Source: Terriglobia bacterium (lineage in GTDB: Bacteria; Acidobacteriota; Terriglobia; JAJPHL01; JAPKYU01). Taken from it: 64,000 bases of DNA. The first letter of the stretch is position 1. Every line of letters begins with the position of its first letter. The stretch covers positions 1,568,001-1,632,000 of the forward strand of contig CBDCVK010000010.1 in the NCBI GenBank assembly GCA_965223005.1, given 5' to 3'. Below are positions 1 through 9,981 of the stretch, piece by piece. The position numbers were made by a program, and so were the translations under genes. The notes below the pieces were generated by a model. That model worked only from the letters and a program-made list of their open reading frames with translations, was not told the DNA's origin and ran no database searches.

Positions 1-2
1 AT

Positions 3-467
3 ACGCTGGGCACGCGGGAATCGGGTAAGATCAGTTTGCTGAGGGCCAAGCAGCAGCCCGGCAGCCTGAGCGATTTCGCTGTTGCCATGTGGAACCACGC
101 TCCACAAATGCAGCGCTGGGCACAAGCCGCCGGGAGGTCCATCCCCACCTTCGGCGGCAAGGAAATGAACCAGTTGGTGGGCTACCTGTTCTGGGTGCGC
201 TTTTTTGAACAACAGGGAAATGCCAAGCGGGGCCGGCGCGTCTTTGTCCGCAAGAACTGTGCTGCCTGCCACGAACAGAAGACCGTTTCCGGGGCGCCAG
301 AGCTGGCCTCCTTCCAGGGCCAGGTTTCGCCGATTTTCATTACCGCAGCACTGTGGAGACACGGACCCCAGATGGTCGTGGCGATGAAGCAGCAGGGCCA
401 TTCCTGGCCGCAGTTTAGCGGCACAGAGATGACCGACTTGATCGCTTACCTGAATCGCGCGCCTTAG
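3..467 (+). CDS. c-type cytochrome, C-terminal part (gene begins before the window)
   Basis: Frame is open from base 3. It has a CAACH heme motif after 'GNAKRGRRVF' and repeated 'MWNHAPQM'/'LWRHGPQM' segments typical of multi-domain class I cytochromes c. Confidence 0.8.
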   Translation, partial: TLGTRESGKISLLRAKQQPGSLSDFAVAMWNHAPQMQRWAQAAGRSIPTFGGKEMNQLVGYLFWVRFFEQQGNAKRGRRVFVRKNCAACHEQKTVSGAPELASFQGQVSPIFITAALWRHGPQMVVAMKQQGHSWPQFSGTEMTDLIAYLNRAP

Positions 468-564
468 CAGCCGCCGGAGCAGGACATTTTGTGCTTGCGC
501 GCCGGGGTTTGCGGTATATCTTCCCAAAGGTTTTTGAAAGGACTTCCGTTTGGAGGTGCGACAA

Positions 565-897
565 ATGAGGAGAAGGCTGACTTACGGACTCCTCTTGATC
601 CTGGTGGCTGCGCCGCCGCTGCTTGCGGGCAAAGGTGATGCCACGGCCGGGAAAACTGTTTACAGGAAACGCTGCTCCGGCTGCCACGGCCAGACGGGCG
701 AACCCAAGAAGGCCATGGCCAAGATGCTCAAGCTGCAGCTGCGCGCCCTCGGCTCGAAAGAGGTGCAGGCGAAGAGCGATGCCCAGCTGCGCAAGGACAT
801 TGTTGAAGGCACAGGCAAGATGAAGCCCGTCAAGAAGCTGAGCGCCACGGACGTGGACAACGTGATTGCCTACGTGCGCACCCTGGCCAAGAAGTAG
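565..897 (+). CDS. Monoheme class I cytochrome c with signal peptide
   Basis: GGAGGT RBS at 552-557, signal peptide, 'GDATAGKTVY..CSGCH' and distal Met in 'GKMKP'. Confidence 0.9.
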   Translation: MRRRLTYGLLLILVAAPPLLAGKGDATAGKTVYRKRCSGCHGQTGEPKKAMAKMLKLQLRALGSKEVQAKSDAQLRKDIVEGTGKMKPVKKLSATDVDNVIAYVRTLAKK

Positions 898-1058
898 AGC
901 GGCCCTTCGCTTGGCTAGGTTTCCGCCGGCCCCACGCAGAGCGCGTGGGCCAGCCGCTAGATTCGGCCAGAAGCCCTTTGCCGTCTGCACCTTATAGTTA
1001 TAGTGCGCTAAAAGAATCTCGTGCGAGGCTTTTGGGCGGCATCTCTGAATTCGTGGAA

Positions 1059-1283
1059 CTATTCTTCTTTTGAGCGAAGCTGGGAAGCGATGGTAGCGTT
1101 GAGCGCGCCCAGTAATTCGTCCACGCTGACTTCGCTACGCTGCGCAACCACGGTCACCGAACAATCCCAGCAGGACGGGCGCACACGAAATCGCTCGAAA
1201 ACCCCCTCGGTCTCCGGATACCGGTTACGGATGTCCCGAACAATCATGTCTCGGCGAATCAGATCAGTGAAACGGAAGCTCAC
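1059..1283 (-). CDS. DUF1858/ScdA-N-like small Cys-containing protein
   Basis: AGGAGG RBS before GTG at 1283. The pattern 'DMIVRDIRNRYPETEGVF..CWDC..VDELLGALN' resembles DUF1858. Confidence 0.6.
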   Translation of the reverse strand: MSFRFTDLIRRDMIVRDIRNRYPETEGVFERFRVRPSCWDCSVTVVAQRSEVSVDELLGALNATIASQLRSKEE

Positions 1284-1800
1284 GGCTCCTCCTTTCGGTT
1301 GCCCTTGGCTGGTAGACACACGACGGCTCTTCATCGAGGAAATTCCTCGTTACGCCGTAAGCCCGGGCGCCCTGGATACGCGCGCCCCGCTGGTGCTGAT
1401 TGACCAATTTGCATTGCATCACCCCAAGAATGAGCATTTCTATGTCCTTTGGACATCTTGAGGGCGATCAGCTAGATAGAAACAGAACAACCGCACCCAG
1501 GTGCGCGAGAACGCGCAGGCGTTGCGGCTTCTTGCGCAACCAGAACGGGATGTCAACCTCCATGCAGAGGGCTTGGTCTGATATGCACAGCGGGCAGGGA
1601 CGCTGCATTTTCCCAGTGGGTGAGCTGCAGGCGAGCCAGCGAGTAAACCGGTATCGGGCCAGCACGCTATCGTTCTAGCCAGCATACCCAGGGTAGGGTT
1701 CCCGCACCGGAATTCAATGCCGTCCGTATAGACAAAACAGACCTAGCTTCCCCCAAACTTCTTCGATAAGTCACCATCATCGTGCAGCAGTCTGTCCAAG

Positions 1801-1907
1801 TCTTTGAGTACAAGGACGCTTGCCTAAGATTCAGTGAGTAGGTCCCCATTAGCTTCCGACTGACAGTAGCCCACTTGGATGTATAACGCGCTAACCGGAC
1901 AAGTGCC
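1801..1907 (+). repeat. Multi-subsite repeat, copy 1 (subsite C, partial A, full B)
   Basis: 1801-1848 TCTTTGAGTACAAGGACGCTTGCCTAAGATTCAGTGAGTAGGTCCCCA closely matches the reverse complement of 12806-12852. Subsite B at 1873-1904 is ACTTGGATGTATA-ACGCGC-TAACCGGACAAGT. Confidence 0.85.
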
Positions 1908-1948
1908 TGGATTCCCTTTGGGGAAGTACGCCTGGCGCAAAAGGCTGG

Positions 1949-1977
1949 ATAGTCCCCAGTAACGGGCTAGTGCTTAC
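1949..1977 (+). repeat. Multi-subsite repeat, copy 2 (subsite A only)
   Basis: ATAG-TCCCCAG-TAACGG-GCTAGTGCTTAC; matches the A subsites at 4186-4215 (reverse) and 20591-20620. Confidence 0.8.
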
Positions 1978-2095
1978 CAAGGAAAACTGGGAATCGGCTA
2001 GTCTGTCTTCTGCGTAGTTGCATACGAAGTGTTGTCGGGGTTCAAACTGTCGGCCCGAAGCGCCACTTCGCGGGGGGAGCCAATTCGCTAGTTAT

Positions 2096-3859
2096 TTACC
2101 TGGGCACCTTAGATTTCAACATCCGGTACTTCTCGTACTGTCGCGAGTTGGCATACATAAACGGCAGCCCCTTCTTCACGCCGAGTTCTTCGCGAGTGTA
2201 AAACACCATGTTGTACACGTATGCGATCCTCGGGTCCTTCTTGCCTTCGAATGCCACCGTTATATTTATGCTGTATTGCAGCGGCTGCCCCCGAAAGTTC
2301 TTCTTGGACACAGCCCAGTCGCGGGCCGTGACGCACGCAGTCACTGGGATGTGCACGTCGTCATACTCGGGCTTGCTCCAGAGCTTCGCTTTTTTGAGAT
2401 AGTTCAAGGCTGCTGCAGCCAGGGCAGCAGGCCTACCCGGACCGGCAAAGGCAGCGTTGTGCCCGGGCCACGTTAACTTTTTGAGCGCTTCTACCCACTC
2501 CGGATAGGTTTCGTCGCGGGCCACCTGGGCTTGAGCGATGAAGTCATCGTAACCACCGTCCGGGTCGAATGCTTTAGCGATCTTGAAGCTGTTGAGAGCC
2601 CGTTCGGTATAATCGAATTTCAGTTCTACCTTGGTAGGATCAGGATTGGTCATTCGCTTCCAGCGCATGTAAGAATAGCGGCCTCGCTTGACGGCCCAGT
2701 CCACATAGGTCTTTTCCTGCTTCGTTACGTCAACGTTTGCGAGAGTGCCGTACGATATGACGAGGTCCAGGGAGACATCCAGTGGTTTCCGGACCCCTTT
2801 GAAGGATTCGAACACGTCGCTGTGGGTCTTCCCGTAGCGTTGCTCAAAAAGGTTCCAGAACGGAAGGAATGCATCTTTCCACTCGCGCCATTCCGCGATA
2901 ACGGTGGCACCTGCTTTGATGAAATAGCCCTCAGAACTCAAGCTATCCCTGAATTTGTCGGCCAGTCGCTCGAGGGTCACCCAATCTTTCGCGGCCTGGT
3001 TTTTGTCGATCACACGCGCCTTCCAGGCCTCCTCCTCAGCCTTCTTGGCAGCCCGTTCAGCCTCCTCGGCTTCCAACGCTGCTTTCCTCGCGGCCTCTTT
3101 CTTCGCTTCCACTTCAGCAACTGCCGCCGCAAACACATCCACTTTGGCCTGGATTTCTTTCTGTCGTGCCAGGGCGCCGGCAATGTCCGGATGATCTATG
3201 GGAATCTGATCGCCGTACATCTTCACGATTTCAGCCATGTATCGGTCGGCACTCCGCAACTCGTATTCCGCCTGTTCTGCACGCCACTTATCGGAAACAT
3301 TGCTTTCCTTGGTCAGCACTGTCTCTGCAGAGTCCAGTCTCTCGTGAAAATCTTTCAGGCGCTTCGTCACACCATGCGGCAATTTGGTAGCGGCAGGCAC
3401 GGCGCGGGATGCGGGCGCGGAAGGTGTCGACGAACTGGCCGCGCGAGCAGCTTGTCTCCTCAGGCGCCTGTCGACATCCCTGCGGTGCCTCGCGTATTTC
3501 TGTTCAAGAAGCTTCACTTTGCTGTTCGCGGGATCGGCTTCCTTAATCTTTCGAATGAGCTTGGCGACTTTATCAAGCAGGGCAGATGCCTCCTGATGCC
3601 TGCTGTTGAACATGTGGTTCTGTGAGATACGCAGATCGTTGTTGGCTTGCTTGATCAGCGCGTCGACATCAGCCGATTTCAAAGACGACCTTCCAACGAG
3701 CTTTTTCAATACGGAGTCCAGTTGTCCCTGAGCTTGTCTGAAGCCTCTATGACCCTGTGCCCAAGCATCCAGGGCTGCGAGGCAGAGGATTCCCGCAACG
3801 AGAACGAGGCAGAGCGACCCACGGGCCCACCCCCAATGAAGACCGGTTGGGCTCGGCAT
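2096..3859 (-). CDS. Secreted hypothetical protein with coiled-coil region
   Basis: Long ORF with a hydrophobic signal peptide ending 'AWA-Q' and an Ala/Glu/Lys-rich helical middle. No recognisable catalytic motif; start uncertain. Confidence 0.75.
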   Translation of the reverse strand: MPSPTGLHWGWARGSLCLVLVAGILCLAALDAWAQGHRGFRQAQGQLDSVLKKLVGRSSLKSADVDALIKQANNDLRISQNHMFNSRHQEASALLDKVAKLIRKIKEADPANSKVKLLEQKYARHRRDVDRRLRRQAARAASSSTPSAPASRAVPAATKLPHGVTKRLKDFHERLDSAETVLTKESNVSDKWRAEQAEYELRSADRYMAEIVKMYGDQIPIDHPDIAGALARQKEIQAKVDVFAAAVAEVEAKKEAARKAALEAEEAERAAKKAEEEAWKARVIDKNQAAKDWVTLERLADKFRDSLSSEGYFIKAGATVIAEWREWKDAFLPFWNLFEQRYGKTHSDVFESFKGVRKPLDVSLDLVISYGTLANVDVTKQEKTYVDWAVKRGRYSYMRWKRMTNPDPTKVELKFDYTERALNSFKIAKAFDPDGGYDDFIAQAQVARDETYPEWVEALKKLTWPGHNAAFAGPGRPAALAAAALNYLKKAKLWSKPEYDDVHIPVTACVTARDWAVSKKNFRGQPLQYSINITVAFEGKKDPRIAYVYNMVFYTREELGVKKGLPFMYANSRQYEKYRMLKSKVPR

Positions 3860-4137
3860 GATTAGCCTTCTCACTGATCGATTCCTCCAGGTGATGTTAG
3901 CTGTAAAGGCAAACCTCCCACAATTTACATACATGCATTATATGCCGCACCGTCAGAGTCAGCGAGCTACAGGTGGGCCTGTCTGGCTGCTCCCCTGGTC
4001 GTGCAGACCTTGTGAGTGTCTATCGCGTAGTCGAGTCGGTTCGGGCGGGTCCTCCAGGCCCTGTCTGGCCTCTGTCAGTCGGAAGCTAGTGAGGACCTAT
4101 CTACTCTCAGCTATTGAAGTGACACTGCCTCCAGGTA

Positions 4138-4220
4138 GGCACTTGTCCGGTAAACCGACTATACGTCCAAGTGAACCCGGGATTGATAAACGCTAGCCCG
4201 TTAGTGGGGATCTATCTGGC
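4138..4220 (-). repeat. Multi-subsite repeat, copy 3 (A+B, inverted)
   Basis: Reverse complement reads ATAGATCCCCAC-TAACGG-GCTAGCGTTTAT caatcccgggttc ACTTGGACGTATA-GTCGGT-TTACCGGACAAGT gcc. Confidence 0.9.
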
Positions 4221-4243
4221 ATTGCGGCTGACAAGGAGGTAGG

Positions 4244-4699
4244 TTACTTCTTCGGGTTCTTTGCTGCGTGTTTGGCTCGGATGGTCTTGGCGCGGGCTTC
4301 CATTTTGGCCGCCTCGGCATCCCGATTCGTCTTCCGTAGAAGTACTGCGTAATTCTCCAGGGTCGTTGCCACGTCAGGATGCTCCGGCCCTAGGGCTTTC
4401 TCCAAAATCGCCAGCACCCGTCGGAAGAACGGTTCGGCTTCGGCATACTTGCCCTGGGCACGGTAGAGTTCTGCTAGGTCGTTGAGGCTGTAGATCAGCC
4501 GCCCGTCCAGCTCCCCAAACTTTTCCGCTTCCTTGAGGGCAACCAGCAACAACTTCTCAGCCTCGGCGTACTGGCCGCTCCGGTAGGCTTTCCCACCGGC
4601 CTCGCTGTACTTCGCCCAGGCCGTGTCATCGGCCACGGCAAAGGACGCCAGACACAAGATTCCCAGTAGCAGCCAGCCAGTTTTGGCCTTCGTCATCAT
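4244..4699 (-). CDS. Secreted tetratricopeptide-repeat protein
   Basis: Signal peptide plus TPR_12-like repeats 'SLNDLAELYRAQGKYAEAEPFFRRVLAILEKALGPEHPDVATTLENYA'. Confidence 0.85.
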   Translation of the reverse strand: MMTKAKTGWLLLGILCLASFAVADDTAWAKYSEAGGKAYRSGQYAEAEKLLLVALKEAEKFGELDGRLIYSLNDLAELYRAQGKYAEAEPFFRRVLAILEKALGPEHPDVATTLENYAVLLRKTNRDAEAAKMEARAKTIRAKHAAKNPKK

Positions 4700-4742
4700 C
4701 GAGGACTCCTCCAGCAAACGGTAGGGCAGCCGATTCTCCCAC

Positions 4743-5276
4743 CTACCATGAGACTTCGAACGGCTTGCCTGCCTCCAATTCAATGACACCGCCTTTGCCC
4801 GAAGCTTCGCCTGTCGATAAGACTTTTCGGACTTCGGCGCCTCCAAGAGGATTTTCGGGGTCGGCCATCCGGCCCTCAACCATCTCGATCTTCAGGGGTC
4901 CACCTTCATTACGGATCGTGGCTCGCAATTTCAATCCCTCAATGTACGACGAGGCCAGGTATCTGTTATGGTCATCCTGGACCTTGAGGTCATGGCTCAT
5001 TGTCTGGGTAGCCGGAGGCCGATACCGTGATTTTGGAGTACGAGATGCCACTCGGACTCGAAACTCTGTTCCCACAGGGCCCGACCAGCGGAAACCCAAC
5101 ACCCACGGGTTGTTGGGGTCGTCCTGGCTGGCATTCCCGGGTTGTGCACCACTACCTTGTTGGGCCGAAGCTGCCGGATTCGCCTGCTGGCCCGAGGTGC
5201 TGGTCTCATCGCTTCCGCCGCACCCTACAAGAACCGAGACCAGCAGCAAAGGAAGCACCTTTGATAAGTTCCTCAT
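4743..5276 (-). CDS. Hypothetical lipoprotein
   Basis: Lipobox 'VLVGC' after a hydrophobic stretch, then a Ser/Gln-rich linker. Confidence 0.7.
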   Translation of the reverse strand: MRNLSKVLPLLLVSVLVGCGGSDETSTSGQQANPAASAQQGSGAQPGNASQDDPNNPWVLGFRWSGPVGTEFRVRVASRTPKSRYRPPATQTMSHDLKVQDDHNRYLASSYIEGLKLRATIRNEGGPLKIEMVEGRMADPENPLGGAEVRKVLSTGEASGKGGVIELEAGKPFEVSW

Positions 5277-5383
5277 GTTCCCCTCTTTCATTGACAAGGT
5301 TACCCGGCCTTCGACCCGGCCGGGGACTGACTGAGTCCGTCATCGTTTTTCGCCGACGACAGCCAAATCCCGCCCGACGGCCT

Positions 5384-5794
5384 TCACAAAGCCGCGCGGA
5401 TGCGTCCGCACAGGACCCTCAGGATGCCACGCGTCACCTCCATGTGGTTGGCCATCAACCTGAGGAAGGGCGCGCTAGAGAGCTTGAAAAGCTGGGTCGG
5501 CTCAAGCGCAGTGACCGAGGCTGCGCGTTGCTCGGGGTCCAGAGCGGCCAATTCGCCAAAGATCTCCCTGGGTCCCAGCTCGGCGATGTCGCGGCCGCCC
5601 GAGTGGACCCGAATCCGGCCGTCGATGATAATAAACATGGCCGTTCCCATGCCACCCTCGCGGAGGATCTCTTCGCCGGGCCCAAATTCCATCTCCTCCA
5701 GGATCGAGGCAACCTCGACCAAGGCATCCGCGGGAACTGCGGAGAAGAGGTCAACGGACTTCAGGATCAGCACCCTTTCCAGTGTAATCCGCAT
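5384..5794 (-). CDS. Stand-alone cyclic-nucleotide-binding domain protein
   Basis: 'ILREGGMGTAMFIIIDG..IFGELAALDPEQRAASVTA' phosphate-binding cassette. Its ATG overlaps the upstream TGA. Confidence 0.9.
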   Translation of the reverse strand: MRITLERVLILKSVDLFSAVPADALVEVASILEEMEFGPGEEILREGGMGTAMFIIIDGRIRVHSGGRDIAELGPREIFGELAALDPEQRAASVTALEPTQLFKLSSAPFLRLMANHMEVTRGILRVLCGRIRAAL

Positions 5795-8594
5795 CAGCTT
5801 CCTCCTTCGAGGTTGTCGGCCGCCCGTTCGGCATTGTCCGTTCGGGCATTGGGGTCCAGGACGGAAACCGCCCAGGCTGCGGTTTCGTGAACCAGGGGAT
5901 TTGGATCGTCGATCACATCGCGAACCGCGTCCAAGAGTCTCGTGTCTCGGGTCTTGCCAACCAGGTAGTTGCGCAGGCCCGTGTCCAGGGCAACAGCAGG
6001 GCGTTGGTCATGACCTCGCGCTGCAAGCGTTCCCTGCTGGGGGATTCTCGGGGCACCCACTCCTTCAACCGTGCGAGCTGCTCTCCCGCCGGGATGTCGT
6101 AAAAAAGGGGAAGGGTCATCGCCTTCATGTCCTGGCTCAGCAGGTTGTCCACCACCTCGAGGCCGGTGGCGCGCATGTCGGCGTGATCGCTGCACAATTT
6201 CTCCTTGGCGTCCAAGATCGCCTGAGAGGGAAACAGAAAGGACAGGAGGGAAAGTATGCGGTCGCGGCCTTGGCGGGCTTCCCATTCGAGCGCGCTGGCC
6301 AGGAGGTCCATTGCCCTTGCGGTACGCCACTGCTCAAGCGCCGTCAGAACCCACACAGTACTCTGCACTTCCTGCCGGATGTTGTCGCGTATCAACGCGA
6401 CAGTGTCACCACGGGCTTGGTAATTTCGCTCCGCCAGCTCGTCGAGCAGGGGATGCCGCACCCTTCGATTTGGGATGGACAGATAACCCAGCAACCGTTG
6501 TGTTGAGGCTTCGCTCCCGATCTCGCCCATCAGCCTGATCAGCAGAACGCGCTCCACGTCGGTGGTTCCCTCTCCATCGAACGCCGCCGCCAGCTCAGGA
6601 AGGGCGGGCTCGCCTAGGCTCACCAACGCCTTGAAGGCGAGTTCGCGCAAAGCGGGTTTTCTGAGACGTTCAATGATCGGCACGGCGAGTTTTGGGTTGC
6701 GGAGCTTGCCGGCGGCGACGATCACCGCTCGCTGCACACCGGTGTTTTCGTCGTCCAGGAGCGACAGGAGCGGATGATAGAAACCCGTGCTCCCGACGTC
6801 ACCGAGAACTTCGGCCGCGAATTGCCGCTCTCGCGGGTCCGACGACTTCAGCAGCTCGACCAGTTTCGATCCCGCCAGCAGCACGCCCTCCAGCCCACCG
6901 TTTCGCAACAGTCCGACCATGGCGCCTCGTTGCACGTGTTTATCGGCCGAATCCAGATGGGGCAAAGCCACGTCTAGCGCCTCGTCAGCATGCAACACAC
7001 AGAAAACTCTCACGGCGTCGCCCCGCACCTCACTGTCGCTTTCCGTCCCCATCAGGCCCAAGACGCGATCGGCAGCGGTGGTGATGTGGTTCGCCTCAAT
7101 CTGCGCGAGCGCGTGCTTGCGGACGTTGCTGTCGGGGTGAGCAAGCGCTTTGAGCAGGAATTCGTCCAGCGACGGGTGCTCGGCCTGTTCCAGCAACTTG
7201 AGACCGGTAATCACCTCAATGGGCATGTCGCTGTTCAGTCTTTCTTCGAGAATCTGCTGGCTCGAAGCGTCATCGAACGACAGGAGCCCTCCGGACAAAC
7301 GCCGCCGGCTGATGGCGCTGGTAAGCGCGATGACGTATTCGCGCCGAACCAGGAAAACACTCAGAACCGTCAAGCCGAGAAACGCCATGAGGACGTATGC
7401 CAGCCCGACGCTGGTGAGTTTCCATACCTCGGTCAGCAGCAAAATCAGGAACCCTGACAGCGCGATGGCGATCGGTTCGATGATCGATTCGCGTACCGCC
7501 TGCGCGCGCAGCCGGTCACCGGGACCAAGGGGCTGATAGAGAATGCGGAAGGTCGGCATTTCCAATGCCGACGTGGCGGCCTCGTGGACCAGCTTGGTGC
7601 CGATCAGGATCCACAGGAACGCGCCGGCCAGCGCAAGGGCGGCGAGTCCCAGTGCCGAGACGAGTCCCACCGTGGCTGCGGCCGGCGCCGCCACAAGGCC
7701 CGCAAGCACGCCAAACCGCGCCAGTAGACGGGCGGTGACCACGCCGCTCGCCACCAGGTTGACGAGGCTGAGGACGGCGAAAAAGATGCCGAAGAACCCG
7801 GCCAGCGCCGCCTCGTTCGTGTAAACCGACTCCACTTGATCGTAAAAAATGTAGTCCAGCAGGAAGAAGGAGACGCACGACAGCAGCGAGAGAATAAAGA
7901 AAGGACCCAGGAACCTGTCACGGCAAAGCTGCAGGAGAGATTTCCGGGTGACCACCTCTTCCTCCACGTCCTTCTGGGCGAAGTGATGCCCCTGCATCTT
8001 TTCCATGACCACCAGCATCACGAAACAGAGGCTGAGACCCACACCGGCGATCGGTATCAGGTGAACCGTTCCCGTCAGATCGACAATCCAGGGCATGCTG
8101 AAGCCACCCAGGATGTTCGCCAGAACATCTCCCGTGGCCACCAGCCCGAAGAGGCGCTTGCCCTGGCGCACGTTGAAGAGGAAGCCCGCGACCGCCCAGA
8201 ACTCGATATGGATGAGGACCCAATACACGCCCTTCCAGACCATCACCGCCATCCAAAGCCATTTGCCCGGCGCCAGCAGTATGAGGAAGTAGAAGCCGGC
8301 CATGACTGCGATCAGGAAGACGAGCACGCCCTTCATCAGCGAAAGCGGCTTGACCCTTTCCTCGCATTTCACATAAACCAGTCCCACCACCACCGAGACG
8401 GCAGCCGTGGCGATGTAGACGTAGGGAAGGAGGCTTACCCCGTATTCGGAAAGGAACTTAGTGTTTGCGGCAGTCTCGAGAAAGAGGACCGACGTACCCG
8501 TGAAGAAGGAAGTGATGAAGAGCAGAGCGAGGGCCTGGCCCTCACCCGACCTGACGTCGAAAGCCGACAAGATGCTGCCCCGCAGATTGATCAT
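5794..8594 (-). CDS. Npt1/Npt2 (TLC)-like MFS transporter with HEAT repeats, frameshifted near the 3' end
   Basis: About 12 TM segments with 'FNVRQGKRLFGLV', then HEAT repeats. The last HEAT repeat ('YLVGKTRD..DPNPLVHETAAWAV') lies in another frame after ~5968. Confidence 0.85.
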
Positions 8595-8802
8595 CGACCT
8601 GGTCCCAGGTTTTAACCGGAATTTCCGATTTCAACTTTACCTTTGCGCACAATCATACGCCAGTCGCCCTTTGCGGAAAGCTTACATCGCCATGGCCGTG
8701 ATGGGGGGGAACCGGCCCGTCTTGGCAGTTCGGATGACCTCCTTAGTGTGTTCCGGACCTCCCGCCTGCCGCGCTGCTAATACTCTCTGAGAGTGCAGTA
8801 AT

Positions 8803-8955
8803 TCTCTGAAACGGCAAGAGTTGGCTCAGACTTGGCAGATAGGTCCCCACAAGTCGGTTAGCGTTTACCTATGCTGCCACGCCGCCCACTTTGCCGTATA
8901 ACGCGCTAACCGGACAAGTGCCTTGGATTCCCTTCGGGAAAGCGCAAAGGATGGA
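8803..8955 (+). repeat. Multi-subsite repeat, copy 4 (complete C+A+B plus downstream hairpin)
   Basis: C = TCTCTGA-N11-TTGGCTCAGA; A (8839-8868) = ATAGGTCCCCAC-AAGTCG-GTTAGCGTTTAC; B (8888-8919) = ACTTTGCCGTATA-ACGCGC-TAACCGGACAAGT. The tail GGATTCCCTTCGGGAA..GCGCAAAGG is shared with copy 1. Confidence 0.9.
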
Positions 8956-9082
8956 AGGGACAGATCTTTGAAATCCTTCCAAATGTGAAATTATTGCCAC
9001 CTGGAGAGGCCAGGACTAAAGCGGCAAGGTCCCGTAAGGATTCTGGCTGTAGGGATTTGAACTCCTTTTGCCTGTTGGCACC

Positions 9083-9310
9083 TCAACCTTTCAGTGCCGC
9101 TTTGGCCCTCGGCGAATCGGCTGGCACTACCGCCTTGCTCCCACAGGTAGGACACCCCTGATAACTGGCCCCGTGCCGCCAGACTGAGTAGATCAGTCCA
9201 GGGACCAGGAAGCAGAGCCAAAGTACGACCTCGACCCCTATTGAGCCCGGCATTACCCGCTTTGGGGAACCAGCCACCTCGCAATCAAGGCAGTACATTT
9301 TCTTAGCCAT
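9083..9310 (-). CDS. Small LITAF-like zinc-ribbon membrane protein
   Basis: CxxC (CLDC), hydrophobic stretch 'VVLWLCFLVPGLIYSVW', second CxxC (CPTC). Confidence 0.65.
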   Translation of the reverse strand: MAKKMYCLDCEVAGSPKRVMPGSIGVEVVLWLCFLVPGLIYSVWRHGASYQGCPTCGSKAVVPADSPRAKAALKG

Positions 9311-9503
9311 GTCTTTAGCCCCTCTATCGGTTTGTATGTGCTGGGAATGCGCTAACAAACCAACTGTCGAACCGCGTCCTACTGCCCGCTGCCTACTCTG
9401 TCTCGGGAGTGGAATTCCGAGCTTGCGCGAAGCCCTGGCCTCGGCCTGGGACATAGTCTTCTGTTCCATTCACCCACAGGGTCCATCAGACAGTTCCGAA
9501 GCT

Positions 9504-9541
9504 ATGTTGCTTATAGTCGATTTGTTGCCAAAAGTCCACAG
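9504..9541 (+). promoter_or_regulatory. C-box-like operator upstream of the XRE gene
   Basis: ATGTTGCTTATAGTCGA...AAGTCCACA resembles the GAC-TTATA-GTC operators of restriction-modification controller proteins. It lies just upstream of the XRE start. Confidence 0.5.
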
Positions 9542-9557
9542 GGCATGATGACCTTTG

Positions 9558-9773
9558 ATGGCCGAAGATGTTCGTGCCCGCTTCGGGCGAAGACTGCGCA
9601 GGCTCCGCACAGGGAGGGGCTGGACACAGGTGGAGCTAGCGGAAAAGCTGGGTCTGGATCGGAGTTATCTTGCAGACATAGAGCGCGGCAGACGGAACGT
9701 GTCCCTGATGAATCTTGAAATCATTGCCAAAGGTTTTGAGCTGTCATTGTCACAGCTGCTATCCCAGGTTTAG
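9558..9773 (+). CDS. XRE-family HTH regulator (R-M controller protein-like)
   Basis: 'FGRRLRRLRTGRGWTQVELAEKLGLDRSYLADIERGRRNVSLMNLEIIAKGF'. Confidence 0.9.
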   Translation: MAEDVRARFGRRLRRLRTGRGWTQVELAEKLGLDRSYLADIERGRRNVSLMNLEIIAKGFELSLSQLLSQV

Positions 9774-9981
9774 GAAGTCCCAGTGATTGCACCGCATAGG
9801 ACGCGGCTTGTGGCTTCCGTGAAAGGAGTCGCGGTCCAAGAAGGCTGAGCCCGCTACGGGGGAAGGAAGAGGACACGAAGGCACTGGAACGGGTTGGCTC
9901 GGCACCGGATTCTTTCAACGGAAACCCCTGTTTGGCTGGACGACCTGACCAACCCACAACCGTTCGTCGCTTCTAATCATC

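Noticed and set aside
1400-1849. Short Cys-rich ORFs (1468-1665, 1667-1849)
   Set aside because: No recognisable family or RBS; 1667-1849 overlaps repeat copy 1.
2030-2082. tRNA 3'-fragment (att) suggested by GGTTCAAA...GGGGAGCCA
   Set aside because: No T-stem pairing and no match to the tRNAs in this window.
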